DNA from: the human T2T-CHM13v2.0 reference genome, Homo sapiens
Length of the DNA stretch: 64,000 nucleotides
NCBI RefSeq assembly: GCF_009914755.1
Contig: NC_060929.1
Strand: one strand, 5' to 3'
The notes beneath the pieces are model-generated. The model did not search any database. It saw only the letters and a program-made list of their open reading frames with translations, and was not told the origin of the DNA. Below, piece by piece: positions 44,317 through 58,303 of this stretch. Each line of letters begins with the position of its first letter. The first letter of the stretch is position 1. The position numbers and the translations under genes were made by a program.

Positions 44317-46933
44317 TCAAAAATTCAGGAAACTTTAGACATACTTTTACTTTAGACACACTTTTAGAAATGTGAAATGCTCTGGAAAGTCTCAGCAATA
44401 GAATTGAACAAGTAGAAGAAAGAAATTCAGACCAGAAAGACAAGGTCTTTGAATTAACCCAATCCAACAAAGACAAAGAAAAAAGAATAAGAAAGTATGA
44501 ACAAAGATTCCAAGAAGTCTAGGATTATATTAAATGACCAAACCTAAGAATAATTGGTGTTCCTGAGGAGGGAGAGAATTCTAAAAGCTTGGAAAATATA
44601 TTTGGGGGAATAATCAAGGAAAACTTCCCCAGCCTTGCTAGAGACCTAGACATCCAAATACTAGAAGCACAAAGAACACCTGGGAAATTAATTGCAAAAA
44701 GATCTTCACCTAGGCACATTGTCATCAGGTTATCCAAAATTAAGACAAAGGAAAGAATTTTAAGAGCTGTGAGACAGAAGCACCAGGTAACCTATAAAGA
44801 AAAACCTATCAGATTAACAGCAGATTTCTCAGCTGAAATCCTACAAGCTAGAAGAGATTGGGGCCCTATCTTTAGCCTCCTCAAACAAAACTATTTTCAG
44901 CCAAGAATTTTGTATCCAGCAAAACTAAGCATCATATATGAAGGAAACATACAGTCTTTTTCGAACAAATGCTGAGAGAATTCACCATTACCAAGCCACC
45001 ACTACAGGAACTACTAAAAGGAGCTCTAAATCTTGAAACAAATCCTGGAAACACATAGAAACGGAACCTCTTTAAAGCATGAATCACACAGGACCTACAA
45101 AACAAAAATACAAGTTAAAAAGCAAAAACAAAAAACCAAATTACACCAGCAACAAAAAGCATGATGAATGCAGCAGTACCTCACATTTCATTACTAACAT
45201 GGGAATGTAAATGGCCTAAATGCTCCATTTAAAAGATACAGAACCACAGAATAGGCAAGAACTCACCAACCATCTGCTGTCTTTAGGAGACTCACCTAAC
45301 ACATAAGGACTCACATAAACTTAAAGTAAAGGGGTGGAATAAGACATTTTATGCAAATGGACACCAAAAACAAGCAAGGGTAGCTATTCTTGTATCAGAC
45401 AAAACAAACTTTAAAGCAATAGCAGTTGAAAGAGACAAAGAGGGACATTATATAGTGGTAAAAGGCCTTGTCCAACAGGAATATATCACAATCCTAAACA
45501 TATATGCCTCTAACACTGGAGCTCCCAAATTTATAAACAATTACTAACAGACCTAAGAAACGAGATAGCAACACAATATTAGTTGGGGACTTCAGTACTC
45601 CATTGACAGCACTAGACAGGTCATCAAGACAGCAAGTCAGCAAAGAAACAATGGATTTAAACTATAACTTAGAACAAATGGACTTAACAGATATATACAG
45701 AACATTTCATCCAACAGCCACAGGATACACATTCTATTCAACGGTGCATGGAACTTTCTACAACAGAGACCATATGATAGGCCCTAAAATGAGCCTCAAT
45801 GAATTTAAGAAAATTGAAACTATATCAAGCACTCTCTTAGACCACAGTGGAAGAAAACTGGAAATCTACTCCAAAAGGAACCTTCAAAATTATTCAAATT
45901 CATGGAAATTAAATAACATGCTCCTGAATGAGCAGTGAGTAAAAAATGAAATCAAGATGGAAATTAAAAAATTCTTTGAACTGAAAGACAATAATGACAC
46001 AACCTATCAAAACCTCTGGGATACAGCAGAGGCAGTGCTAAGAGGAAAGTTCATAGCCCTTAATGCCTACATCAAAAAGACTGAAAGAGCACAAACTGAC
46101 ACGTGAACATCACACCTCAAGGAACTAGAGAAACAAGAACAAACCAAACCCAAACCCAGCAGAAGAAAGGAAATAACCAAGATCAGAGCAGAACTAAATG
46201 AAATTGAAACAAAAAAGATGCAAAAGATAAATGAAAAAAAAATCTGGTTCTTTGAAAAGATAAATAAAACTGATAGACCATTAGCAAGATTAAGCAAGAA
46301 AAGAAGAGAGAAAATCCAAATAAACTCACTAAGAAACAAAACAGGAGATATTACAACTGACACCACTGAAATACAAAAGATTATTCAAGTTTACTATGAA
46401 CACGTTTACACACATAAACTAGAAAACCTAGAAGAGATAGATAAATTCCTAAAAAAAATACAACCCTCCTAACTTAAATCAGGAAGAATTAGATAACCTG
46501 AACAGACCAAAAACAAGCAGTGAGACTGAGATGGCAATTTAAAAATTAACAACAACAAAAAAATCCAGGACCAGACAGATTCACAGCAGAATTCTGCCAG
46601 ACATTCAAAGAAGAATTGGTACCAATCCTTTTGTACTATTCCACAAGATAAAAAAGGAACCCTCCCTAATTCATTCTATGAAGTCAGCGTCACCCTAATA
46701 CCAAAACCAGGAAAGGACATAACCAAAAAAGAAAACTACAGACAGATATTTTTGATAAACATAAATGCTAAAATCCTTAATAAAATACTAGCTAACTGAA
46801 TCCAACAACGTATCAAAAAGATAACCCAACATGATCAAGAGGGTTTCATATCAAGGATGCACGGATGGTTTAACATACACAAGTCAGTAAATGTGATACA
46901 CCACATAAACAGAATTAAAAATCACATTATCAT

Positions 46934-47094
46934 CTGTGTTAGTTTGCTGAGAATGATGGCTTCCAGCTTCATCTATGTCCCTGCGAAGGACATGATATCA
47001 TTCTTTCTTATGGCTGCATAGTATTCCATGGTGTATATGAGCCACATTTTCTTTATCCAGTCTATCATTGATGGGCATTTGGGTTGTTTCCAAG
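46934..47094 (-). mobile_element. Inverted L1PA (PA7/8-like) fragment, no tail
   Basis: gtgttagtttgctgagaatgatggcttccagcttcatc...gatgggcatttgggttg. Confidence 0.88.
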
Positions 47095-47242
47095 ACACTT
47101 GCACACACATGTTTATAGCAGCATTAATTCACAACTGAAAAATCATGGAACCAACACAAATGCCCATCAATCAACAAGTGGATAAAGAAACTGTGGTGTA
47201 TATATATATTATATATACATAATATATATATATGAATACTAC

Positions 47243-47305
47243 ACAGTCATAAAAAGGAATTAACAGATAATAAAAAGAATTAACAGTCATAAAAAGAATT
47301 AACAG
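47243..47305. repeat. About 3 x 19-20-bp tandem repeat in the L1 3'UTR
   Basis: acagtcataaaaa(g)gaatta units. Confidence 0.85.
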
Positions 47306-47619
47306 CATTTGCAATGACCTGGATGAGATTGGAGACTATTATTCTAAGTGAAGTAACTCAGGAATGGAAAATCAAACATCATATGTTCTCACTGATATGT
47401 GGGAGCTAAGCTATGAGGACGCAAAGGCATAAGAATGATAAAATGGACTTTGGGGACTTGGGGGGAAGAGTGGGAGGGGGATGAGGGATAAAAGACTACA
47501 AATATGGTGCAGTGTATACTGCTTGGGTTATGAATGCACCAAAATTACCACTAAAGAACTTACTTATGTAACCAAATACCACCTGTACCCTAATAACTTA
47601 TGGAAAAAAAAATTTTTAA

Positions 47620-47993
47620 TGTGGTACATATACACCATGGAATACTATGCAGCAGAAAAAAGTGAGGTCATGTCCTTTGCAACAACACAGTTGGAGCTAG
47701 CAGCCGTTACCTTAAGTGAACTAACACAGGAACAGAAAATCAAATACCACATTTCCTCACTTATGAGTGAGAGCTAAACATTGAGTATAAATGGACACAG
47801 AAAAGACAACAGCAGACACCAGGGCCTACTTGAGGGCAGAGGCGGGAGGAGGGAAAGGATCAAAAACTACCTATTGGACACTACACTTATTACCTGGGTG
47901 CACCAAACCCCTGTGACATTCAATTTACCTATATAACAAACCTGCACATGTACCCCTGAACCTAAAATAAACGTTAAAAAAAAAGAAAAGAAA
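47620..47993 (+). mobile_element. L1PA15/16-like 3'UTR, right part, with A tail
   Basis: gggcctacttgaggg...aaacctgcacatgtacccctgaacctaaaataaa. Confidence 0.9.
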
Positions 47994-47994
47994 A

Positions 47995-48250
47995 TCCCTC
48001 TCTGGACATATGAATTTGTTTTTTCTGCCCACAGATCCTCGCTGTCCAGGCCTCGCTGACACAATGCCTGATCCACAAACATTGAATCCCCACAACATAG
48101 CAAGGGTAACTGAACCTGATCAGTAGGAGGAAGTAGTGCCGCTTTAACATAATGGGAGAAGAGGAGATTCTGCATGGAACCCAGATGGCCCATTTGTGAA
48201 TTTCTTGATTCTCACTTGCCCCACTGTGTGTGAACACACACAGCAACCCT
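47995..48250 (+). mobile_element. ERVL integrase region resumed
   Basis: tctggacatatgaatttg...caatgcctgatccac...atccccacaacatagc (CLIH..IPH.IA-like). Confidence 0.65.
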
Positions 48251-50754
48251 GCCACTAAATGCTGGTGACATATTTGCATTGGAAATGAACTTAAATAGTG
48301 AGTTGGTTTTACAAAGGCCACAAAAGAGACTTAGGTAATGACTATTGTTTGTTCTTAGTCTAAGTTTGAATCCATGATTCAAGTTGACATTTTGGAATAT
48401 CTTGTAATGTCTTTGAAGAATATCAAACCTAACCAAGGGCTCCATGTATTTTGTTTTTTCCTTTTGCACAAGATAAACTTAATTTTGTAGTAGTTTTAGG
48501 TATTTGGGAATCATAAATCATTTACTTAAATCAGTTTCAATTTCATTACTTTTCCATAATCTGAATACATAATTGTTCCAGTTTATTTTTAATTTACAGG
48601 GAAACTCACAAGGACAAGTTTGGCACTTCTTCACTTGTTCTGAGTTGTTTATGTGGTTGGATTCAGTTATTAAGGCTTAGATCCAGTTTGTACTCACAGC
48701 TCTGGCCTGGGGCCTTCTTCTGTGTCTCTGCCTACTTCTGTGGAGGCATGAAGAGAGGCACTATGTCCATGTGATATGATGCAAAACCACTGAACTCATT
48801 TGAGGTGTCAAACTTAGAGGCTGATCCTTACTTTTTCCTTCCCAATGTGTAAAAATAAACATCCCAATCTCCGGCTTCTCTGATTGCATTAGTCACAAGT
48901 TGTCACATGATTCCTTTGTTCTTAAAACATTTTTAATGACTGAAAATAACAGTTTTCATCTCATCTTCAAAAGGTTATTTCTAACAATCCCAAATCTGAA
49001 GATATGGTTTTAAGTTTCTGAGTGGCAGGAAGTAAACTAAACTTTTTTTAAATGAAAGATATCAAAAGAAATAGTTAGGTCTTTGTCAGACTCTAGCCTT
49101 GTGGAAAAATTCTAGATGAAAATTCTGGGATAAATTTTGCAATTCTAACATTACTTTATTCTTTTTTGATCCATTAACTAGGAAGTTTTCCTTAATCATC
49201 TCTACTTTGCTAGACATAATGGAATAATACAAAATAAATAGGGCTCAATTTCTATTCAGGACTGTAAGATCTAATGGTACAGATAAAATTAATACACATG
49301 AACTCATACAGAACAATCGAGAGTGAGCAATGTGGTGCTGACTTTAAGTATAACAGGTGTTTGGGACAAAGTAGAGATTAGTGAAGATCAACGTAATAAA
49401 AGAAAGCTTTATGGAGGAAGTAGTGTTTGAACTGAGGCTTGAAGAATGTACAAAAGGTGGTTAGGAGCAATGGTTCTATAATGAAGCAGACATCAGCAGC
49501 TGTGTGGCTGGGGAGCTATGGGGCTCACAGAAGTAAGATAGCTTACCTTTCTAAGCCTTATTCATTTGTAAATGGTGTTAATTATAGTACCTACCTGATT
49601 GTTTTATTTTTTGTTTTGTTTTAGAAAATGGGATAACAAATGCAAAGGACTTAGTCATAAAAGTTAGCTTTTAATATTAGGCAGAGAGATGAAACATATT
49701 GAGGAAGGAAAGCAAGTAACTCAAAGAACAAAGATGGTTGATGCTTATATGCAGGCCAGAGTGTAGGGTGGTGTGTGGTAGGGTCTAATGGAAATAAGAA
49801 TAGACGGATGAAGTAGCACCGTGCCAAAGAGGAGCTTAGAAGCTTAATATACATATTTATCAACTCATTCAAAAGATATTTAACATCTACTGTGTACAAG
49901 TCATTGTGGTAATAATGAGAATTCCATGTTGAAGACTAGTATCATTTCTACCCTCATGAAGCATCGCTCTTGCAGGGAATAGAAGCATTAAAAAATTATA
50001 AGTGGAAAAGGAGAAATACAAAAGTTTATATTATTATGAATTCCATAAATGTTTATGATGTTGAAAAAGAAAGCTTTTCTTACCATAAAAATCACTACTA
50101 ACCTATGTGAGATAAGACATATGATTAGATATGACACACAACTCTCTAAGAAAATAAAAACAAAATCACTCTGTCTATATAACACAATCAACTTGACAAA
50201 AAGTCCATCAGGGCTGTAAAACCAATATGAAACTCGATCAAACTTTTGATATCTGGAGACACAGCCTAAGTTCTAAAACTCCTTTGAAAACTGCACAACC
50301 AGCTTTATCTTTCCTCAATCTTTGGGTTCACTCCATCAATGTGTTCCCATTTTTCTGGCCTGAACCTACCCACGTTCTGGCTATGTAAAAACCCTGCAGC
50401 TTACTTTGCTTTCTTTATCTCATCATGATTTTGTTTTCTCTCCTGCATTTCTTTCTCTAATGTGGTTTGTGGCCAAAAGGCTCTTTCTTGCACACTTGCT
50501 TTCTTATAAGACCTAACTCAGTTCAAGAAATGTTTTCTGTGTGTCTACTATGTTTCCATCACTGATACAGCCACTGATTTGGGTTTTATTCTTTCCTGGG
50601 ATGTTATCTTGCCATAAATATGGATGTTGCACACAAGATACACTTAATAAAGGTAGAGTTACAGTAGGTTAAATATTACACAAATATATTCTATGTATAA
50701 GAGCTATTTCTAGTCACAAGGAGTTTATTCACATAAATAGTGCCTTTTAAAATA

Positions 50755-50802
50755 TTTGGGTTGGTGTGAAAGTAATTGTGGTTTCTGCCATCACTTTCAA
50801 TG
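50755..50802. mobile_element. Half MADE1 (Hsmar1 MITE)
   Basis: ttgggttggtgtgaaagtaattgtggtttctgccatcactttcaatg; preceded by TA. Confidence 0.8.
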
Positions 50803-50859
50803 TGTAATAAATAATAAATAAACACATTAATTAATCCTATGTGTAAGTCTCTATGTGCT

Positions 50860-51250
50860 AGTTTATATGCATTAATGAAAAACATCAACTTTTTCATGAT
50901 ATAACACAGCAAAAGTTGATTTCTCATGTACACAACCCATGTAAGACAACAGAGAAGCTAGGTTTATGGCAGTCACTCAGAGGCCCAAGTGGACAAAGCC
51001 TCTATCTTCCTATGCAGCTGCAATCTCACAAGAGCCTCCAGGTTTTAGCAGGGTGACAAAGGGAATAAAGGAAATTATGCACATGATCTTCTGTGCTTTA
51101 GCTCAGAGGTGCCACCAGTCACTTTGCTCTCACTTTGTTGGTCAGGGCATATGACATGTTTGTCTAACTTTAATGGGACAAAGACATGCAACCCTCCTAT
51201 TCTCCCAGAAGGATTAGAGGACCAGGAATATTAGTGAACAATGTCAATCA
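50860..51250. mobile_element. Old LTR (MLT1K/LTR33-like)
   Basis: taacacagcaaaagttgatttctc...gtcactcagaggccca...ggaatattagtgaaca. Confidence 0.55.
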
Positions 51251-52719
51251 TAATTTATAAGACAAATCAACCTATCCATTTAAGAGACATGCTATATACA
51301 CACTGCCATTTGTATGCAGCAGAGACATCTGAATTGAACAGAAGTGCAACACTTAACAATTCTCAGATCATTTGTCACACAGTAATTTCCTGTCAACTTC
51401 ACTACCTTAAACATCCCCATTTCATAAACAACACTCAGACAAATTCTCAAATAGCTACCAAATACGGAGAATGAACATAGTTCTCCAGCAACTTCTAACA
51501 GCAATGACAGCTTCATAACACTAACCAGATTTTCCAATAACATTCAGGGAAGAACTTCTCTTCTGCTAATTTACTTCAAGGAACTTCAATGACTTTTGGC
51601 CAAATCCAGTTTCTGATTCTATTCTGGTAGAAATTTCATGACAACAAATTATCTAGGGTCTCTTTAATTTTGCTCTGATAGTGTTCCCTTAAACCTGCAA
51701 AATCAAAAGGACTGACTGCCATTTATAAGAGTTGGCATGGGGATTACTTAGAGTCACAGATAATCTAAAATGCAGTATACATTTCATAACTGACATATAT
51801 TTACACCTGAAAGAAAGAAAACTAGCAAATGAATCTAAAGTGAAAACTTTTAGCTAACCAATGTTAACTTAGAACTCAAGTATAATCATGTTCATTAAGA
51901 ACTTCACATTTAAAGATGCAAAAGTATATAGACTATTTTTCAGAAATGATCCTGCATTCTACTTTTCTCTTAATTCTGAGAAGGTGTATTTGCCATACCT
52001 ATAACGCCTGCTTTTTGCAACAGTTTGGGTTATATACTTGTCAGTTTCATATACAACAGTGTAAATACCTTTGCTAGTGATAATCATTGTGATTTTTTAC
52101 TAATGATTATAAAGTGATAAGAATGATACTTTGCACTGTGTACTTTCCTTTGAATCAGCTCAAAGCTTATGTCACAATCAATATGATAGCGTTTATATTG
52201 CTGTCGCAGGCTTTCATTGACATTCTAACACAAGCAGCTGTCATAAACCAGCCAAAGAAGAATGAGGCTATTATGTTGGTCTTATTGATTTAAACTAAGT
52301 GAAAGTGGTCCATATGTCTTTAAGTTCTTTCAGCACAGCTTCAGTTATGACTTAAAATTGTTTATTGAGAAGAAAAATACGAGTTTCAATTTTCTCCTCA
52401 TGTATTTAAGACAAAGTATCTCTGCTCTTCTTATGGAAATATGTAGTAACTGAACACGTCTTAGAAAGGTGAGTTCCCTTAAAAGGCTTTTCCTAGAAGT
52501 TGTAATGCTCTGTACTAGTCTTCTTATGTAAGAGGTTTGCTATCATACACATCTCTATGATGATAATTGGCCTAAATGGAGATTCCATTGATGATCCCAA
52601 TTTTGTAGTCTCTATAACTGAGTCAAACACACAGATTTTCTAATTTGCCCATTTCTCTTTACTTGATTTATTTAACTAACTTGAGATTATAAATTCACTT
52701 AGCTGTTAAATTTTTATGT

Positions 52720-53460
<741 letters not shown>

Positions 53461-53895
53461 CTACAAATTTGGTATTAATATTAAATATTTAAAATTCATT
53501 TGTCATATTTTCTTTTGAAGCATTATAACAGATTGGCATGTACAAACTAAAGCTTTTTTTAAAAAAAGTACAATTCAAAGAAGCTTTATGACATACTACT
53601 TCAGGAATTATGATTTCATCCTCAGAAACCTTCAACACCATCCTGTTACTATAATTAAGGAAACTGTGTAAAACCTTTCTTTCCATCATGCCTCTCCTTT
53701 ATATTGGATGTTTGATATCCTTTGGGCAAAATCAAGAAGACCCTTGCAGGTCTCTTGGACAAACTTCTCCTGTGCCTGGCCTGCAAGGTATCCAGTGCAC
53801 TGAATGTGGGTGCAGAATCCTCTGCCTAACAAGACCCACCAAGCTGCCAGGCATGTCACAGAGACATACAAGGCAGACAACAGTGAATGTATCTC

Positions 53896-54215
53896 TTTTT
53901 TTTTTCCCAGCTTTATCCTGGTATAATAGACAAATAAAAATTATATATGTTTAGGGTATGCAACATGATTTTGTGATATATGTATATTTTGTGAAATGAT
54001 TACCATGATCAAGCTAATTAACACATCCATTACTTCACATAGTTACCTTTGTGTGTGGGGGGCAGGGTGAGCATACTTAAGATCTACTTTCTTAGCAAAT
54101 TTCAAGTATATAATACTTTATTATTAATCATAGTCACCATGCTGTACATTAGGACTCCAGAAATTATTTATCTCATAACTGAAAGTTTGTACACTTTGGC
54201 CAACATCTCCCCATT
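53896..54215 (-). mobile_element. L1MA8/9-like 3' end
   Basis: T-run; caagctaattaacacatcc...cttaagatctac...gtcaccatgctgtacattag. Confidence 0.88.
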
Positions 54216-54574
54216 AATTAATGCATCATATTAATTGATGCATAATTCAATGTATAAATATGCATACTTAATGCATCTTATTATGTTATATATCTGTAAA
54301 AACTATGTTTTTTGCTCTGGGAAATTGATTACAAATTGTTGCAATACTTGTGGTTCACTTACTGATCTGTAAAAATATATACAATGCATATCTTATCACA
54401 AAGTATTTGCATTTATGGGTTATTGTGTCTGGTTCATGCTTATCTTTTAGGGTCCCCAGAGCAGAGACTATATTTTGTATATCCCAGCATCCAGGCAGTG
54501 GAAACTGAATAAATAATTGTAGCAGACAAAATTGTGATCCATCATATGTTATGGGAGAGAAAAAAGGACAAAAA

Positions 54575-54770
54575 AATTACTGAACATTGACTGTACTGGA
54601 GTACTTAATGTAGATTATCTTACGTAATTCTCATAATAACCCTGAGGTAGATACTATTACTAGCACTGTCCCACCAATGGGCAAACCGTGATTAAAAGAA
54701 ATTTAATACCTGGACCAAAGCTGTGAAGTCAGTTAGTTGCGGAATCAGTATTTAAATCGAGGCATCCAAA
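54575..54770 (-). mobile_element. MIR
   Basis: taattctcataataaccctgaggtagatactatt. Confidence 0.6.
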
Positions 54771-55224
54771 CAGCTGGCTTCTGTAGAATATCTTCAGAAT
54801 ATTTTCCTACTCAGAGAAGGCTAGAGAAGCACAGTGGCATTTTGGGAAACCATTTCCTGTTGTAACACAAGGGCCCTTAGTGCTCTCTCTTCTATGTGTT
54901 TTACCTTTACATTTTTTTTTATTAAACTACACCTCAAAACTCACTGTACACCGTTCTCTGAGCCATCAGCTGCTCACTCAGTAGATCAATGCAGGCCCAG
55001 GGCCAGAACACTTTGAAGCTTTTGCTCTAACTTTACAGTCAATTCAGACCCCTGGTGTTCTTTTGCCGCATTTTTGGATTGATTCCTTTCCTCCTGTGCC
55101 AGGTTAGCACCATTATCTCTTCTCTTAAACAACAAAAGCAAAATGCTGAAACTGCAGTGAGAACATGCTCTGATTCCTATTGTGATTGCTGTGTCTTTCA
55201 TTCTGAAGCAGCATAACTTAGAGG

Positions 55225-55440
55225 ATATAAGCCTGACCTCCAGAATCAGAAAGTGTGACTTCAATTCCTGACCTGTTCTGTGGCCTTGAGCAAGGTATTT
55301 AATCTTTCTGGGCCTCAATTACTTCATGCATAAAATGGGGATAATAATAGCATCTATTTCATAGGGTTGTTGTGAGGATTAAATTAGTAATTACATGTAA
55401 AACTTAGAGCACATTGCCTGGAACATAATAAGCTCTACAT
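55225..55440 (+). mobile_element. MIR
   Basis: gtggccttgagcaag...aaaatggggataataatagcatctatttcatagggttgttgtgaggattaaat. Confidence 0.88.
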
Positions 55441-56714
55441 GAGGTATGATAAAGAAATACAGTTTCTTCCAAGAATACAAATGCTTGATCTTCCATTGAT
55501 TTGAATGAAATACCAGCCATAAATTCTATGAACAAACATAGTTTGGAAAGCCAGAAACAGGTGAAAATGTAAAAACTGAAAATACGTAATAAATTCCCAA
55601 GTGCCGTTCTCAATATGTGACTTAGACGATAAACTATCTTCAGCATTGCCCTGAAGAGTCTTTCATAATTCTAGTATTCTGTCTCTCTCTCTCATTTTCA
55701 GTAGCTGTAAACTGTTACTTCAAACCTTCACTATTATACTTCATTTGCATAAATATCTCCAGAGTTAATTCCTTGACAAAGTTTCCTGGGAAATGGCTGA
55801 AGACAAGACCATATTTACAACCAGGAGGCAAGTACCAAGCAGTCCAATCTGTGGAGTGTTTTATTCCCTTGCAAACACACCGCCTTGGTCAGTCAGAACT
55901 TGTCCTCTGTTCTTATCTGTTTTCCCTTAACATTGACCGCCCTCACCAACTGCAAAAAGAACACCTTGAAGAGATTAATTATTAATTTCAAAAAAGTCAC
56001 TTCAAACACTTCAAAAGTCAACATAGAAGGGGGAAAACCCCCAATAACTGATTGTACAGTCACACAACATTTTATTTATTCTTTTCTTCAGTCTTGGAAA
56101 CCAAAATGTCAATTCAATTTTATGACATCGGAGACATAAATGGATATGAGTTTAAGATGTGCTGGTGTTAAAATATTTATTGCTTAAATCTGACAGTCAT
56201 ATTTATAGTCTTATCTCCAAAGACCTGTGAAGTGTATATTATTAAATGGAATCTATATAGAGACATTTTGTTCCCAGAATATATAATTCGCCTATTGAGT
56301 TTCTTTGCACATACCTGTTTTAAGCTAAAGAATTTCAATGGCTTCTGGATATTCAACTATTTTTTTAATTCCTGTGGAAATCAGCACACAATAAATCACT
56401 ACAATTGACGGTTTGGGCATTTCACAGAGGTGAATCTCTAGCACTACCTATGGAACTGAAGATTTTCAACACAAGATACCAAACCTGTTAGAAATTATGT
56501 TTTCCATTTTTTCAAACAAAATTTCAGGTCACTTTGGCCCACATGCTCCTTCAAGTAGCTGTAAAAATGATTTAAAGATTATAAGCTAAAAATATGTATA
56601 GTTTGGGCATTTGGAATCTTTCCAAGTGCCAAAGAATTTTGTGTTTAACAAATATTTTAACTCCTTAAAATATACAAGATATTACCCTAGCCTCCGTTAA
56701 AGCAAGCTAATAAA

Positions 56715-56940
56715 AATAGCTAACATTTAGAAGGTGCTCACTTTGTGCAGGGCACTATTCTAAGTACATTCCATGGAATAACTCATTTAATTTGCCCCGT
56801 AACTCTATGAACAACATGATATTAATTCCCCATTTAAAATATAAGAAAGCAAAACCCAGAGACAAGAATAATTCACATATCTTGTAAAGGTAAAATCGGG
56901 ACACAAAAACAGAATGTGACTCTAAAACAGCCTTCTCCAA
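56715..56940 (-). mobile_element. MIR
   Basis: aatagctaacattta...gcactattctaag...aactcatttaat. Confidence 0.7.
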
Positions 56941-57699
56941 AGGAAATAGCCTTGGATTTGGCCCTTGAGGATCTTTCAGTAGAGTGGAAGAAAGGAAGAG
57001 AAAAGAATAAAATAGATAAGTCATCATAGAGTAAGCATAAAATGTAGAAGGAGAAGAGTTTTAAGGAGTTGAAATAAAGGAGGAAGTACCCCCATTTTCA
57101 TCAAAACTGAAAAGTTTGATTAAGGAAAGTGGCATATTAATTGGCATATTAGAGATGGTTTATATTTAAGGAGTTGGAGCTGGTTCAAGGCATTCTCAGT
57201 AGACGGAAAAGTAAAAGAAGAGGCACAGAGACGGTACCGTGAGGCACGTTGCAGGGAAGAGCAAGTAGTTCATTTTAGTAAAGCATGGGATACAGAAAGA
57301 GCAGCAGTGGTCTAGGTAAATCTGAAAAATAAAATGAGCTTTAAAATTTTTCAAAAATATTAAATGCTAGATCAAAGAGTTTTGGAACTTAGCAATAGGG
57401 AAGTTTAAAGAATTTTTGAATGAGTAAAATGATTGAAGCATCGTTGGGAAAATATTTATCTAGCGTTGGCATTTCATTAAATTTATCATCTATTTGACTC
57501 CTATTTCCAAACATTTAAGATTAAATGTCTATACTAAAACAGAAAATAAAAATGAGAAAAATGGAGGTGAGATGTACTTTTAGTAAGACTGTAGTAAGAC
57601 CAAGGAAGAGCCAGTTATTATAATGGCTATCAAGTTAAAACTAAGTGAGTGGTTTGCAGGATGGACTGGGCAGAGGAGAGCTCATGGTCATTGGTTCCA

Positions 57700-57865
57700 T
57701 TCCTTAGCCACACTTTAGAATCACCAGGGCCTCTTTCAATATCTCAACACTCAGAACCCATCCCAGACCAATTACATCAGAATCTCTGAGATTCCAACTC
57801 AGATGTCAATATTTTTTAAAGCTCCCAGAGAGATTTTATTGTGCTGCCAAGATTGAGAACTATTT
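57700..57865. mobile_element. MER5-like
   Basis: tagaatcacc...cccagaccaattacatcagaatctctg...aagctccc...gattgagaac. Confidence 0.7.
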
Positions 57866-58303
57866 TTCTAGCAAGTTAAGTGATGAAGATTTGGCCTTCA
57901 GGGCTGATAGTAAGAATGGAAAAGAGGGAAGAAATCTGAAAAATAATATGAAGGAAAAAATCAATATCTCTTCTTGAAAGTGCTGAGAGAATTGTTCCCA
58001 CAGCTCAACTCATTTTAAAAACATCCTTTTTCACATGAGATTAGACAAGTTTGGAAATTTGGCATTCTTAATCAGAACACAGGTCTCCACTGATACCAAG
58101 GGAAAATAATTGCATGGGATGGGAGAAGATGTCACTTATGTGGCAGGCCTCACTCTCCTCATTTTACTTTACAATTATGAACACCTTTCCTATCTTCTTA
58201 ATGACACATTTTAAGAACATCAATGCAACAAAACATAGCAAAGAACTCACTAAAGATTCCCTGAGATGATAAACTAACATTATGATTTCATGGTATAATC
58301 TTT

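Larger units (their letters stand above)
43456..47617 (+). mobile_element. L1PB1/L1PBa-like: part of 5'UTR, ORF1, internally deleted ORF2, 3'UTR
   Basis: ORF1 MDPNQE... and ENFPSLARDL...RLTADFS...YPAKLS; ORF2 endonuclease remnant (ORF 45603); 3' end taataacttatggaaaa; TSD tgtggtaca at 43447-43455 and 47620-47628. Confidence 0.92.

Noticed and set aside
43456-47617. Retrotransposition-competent L1
   Set aside because: ORF1 is interrupted and ORF2 has stops, frameshifts and a large deletion.
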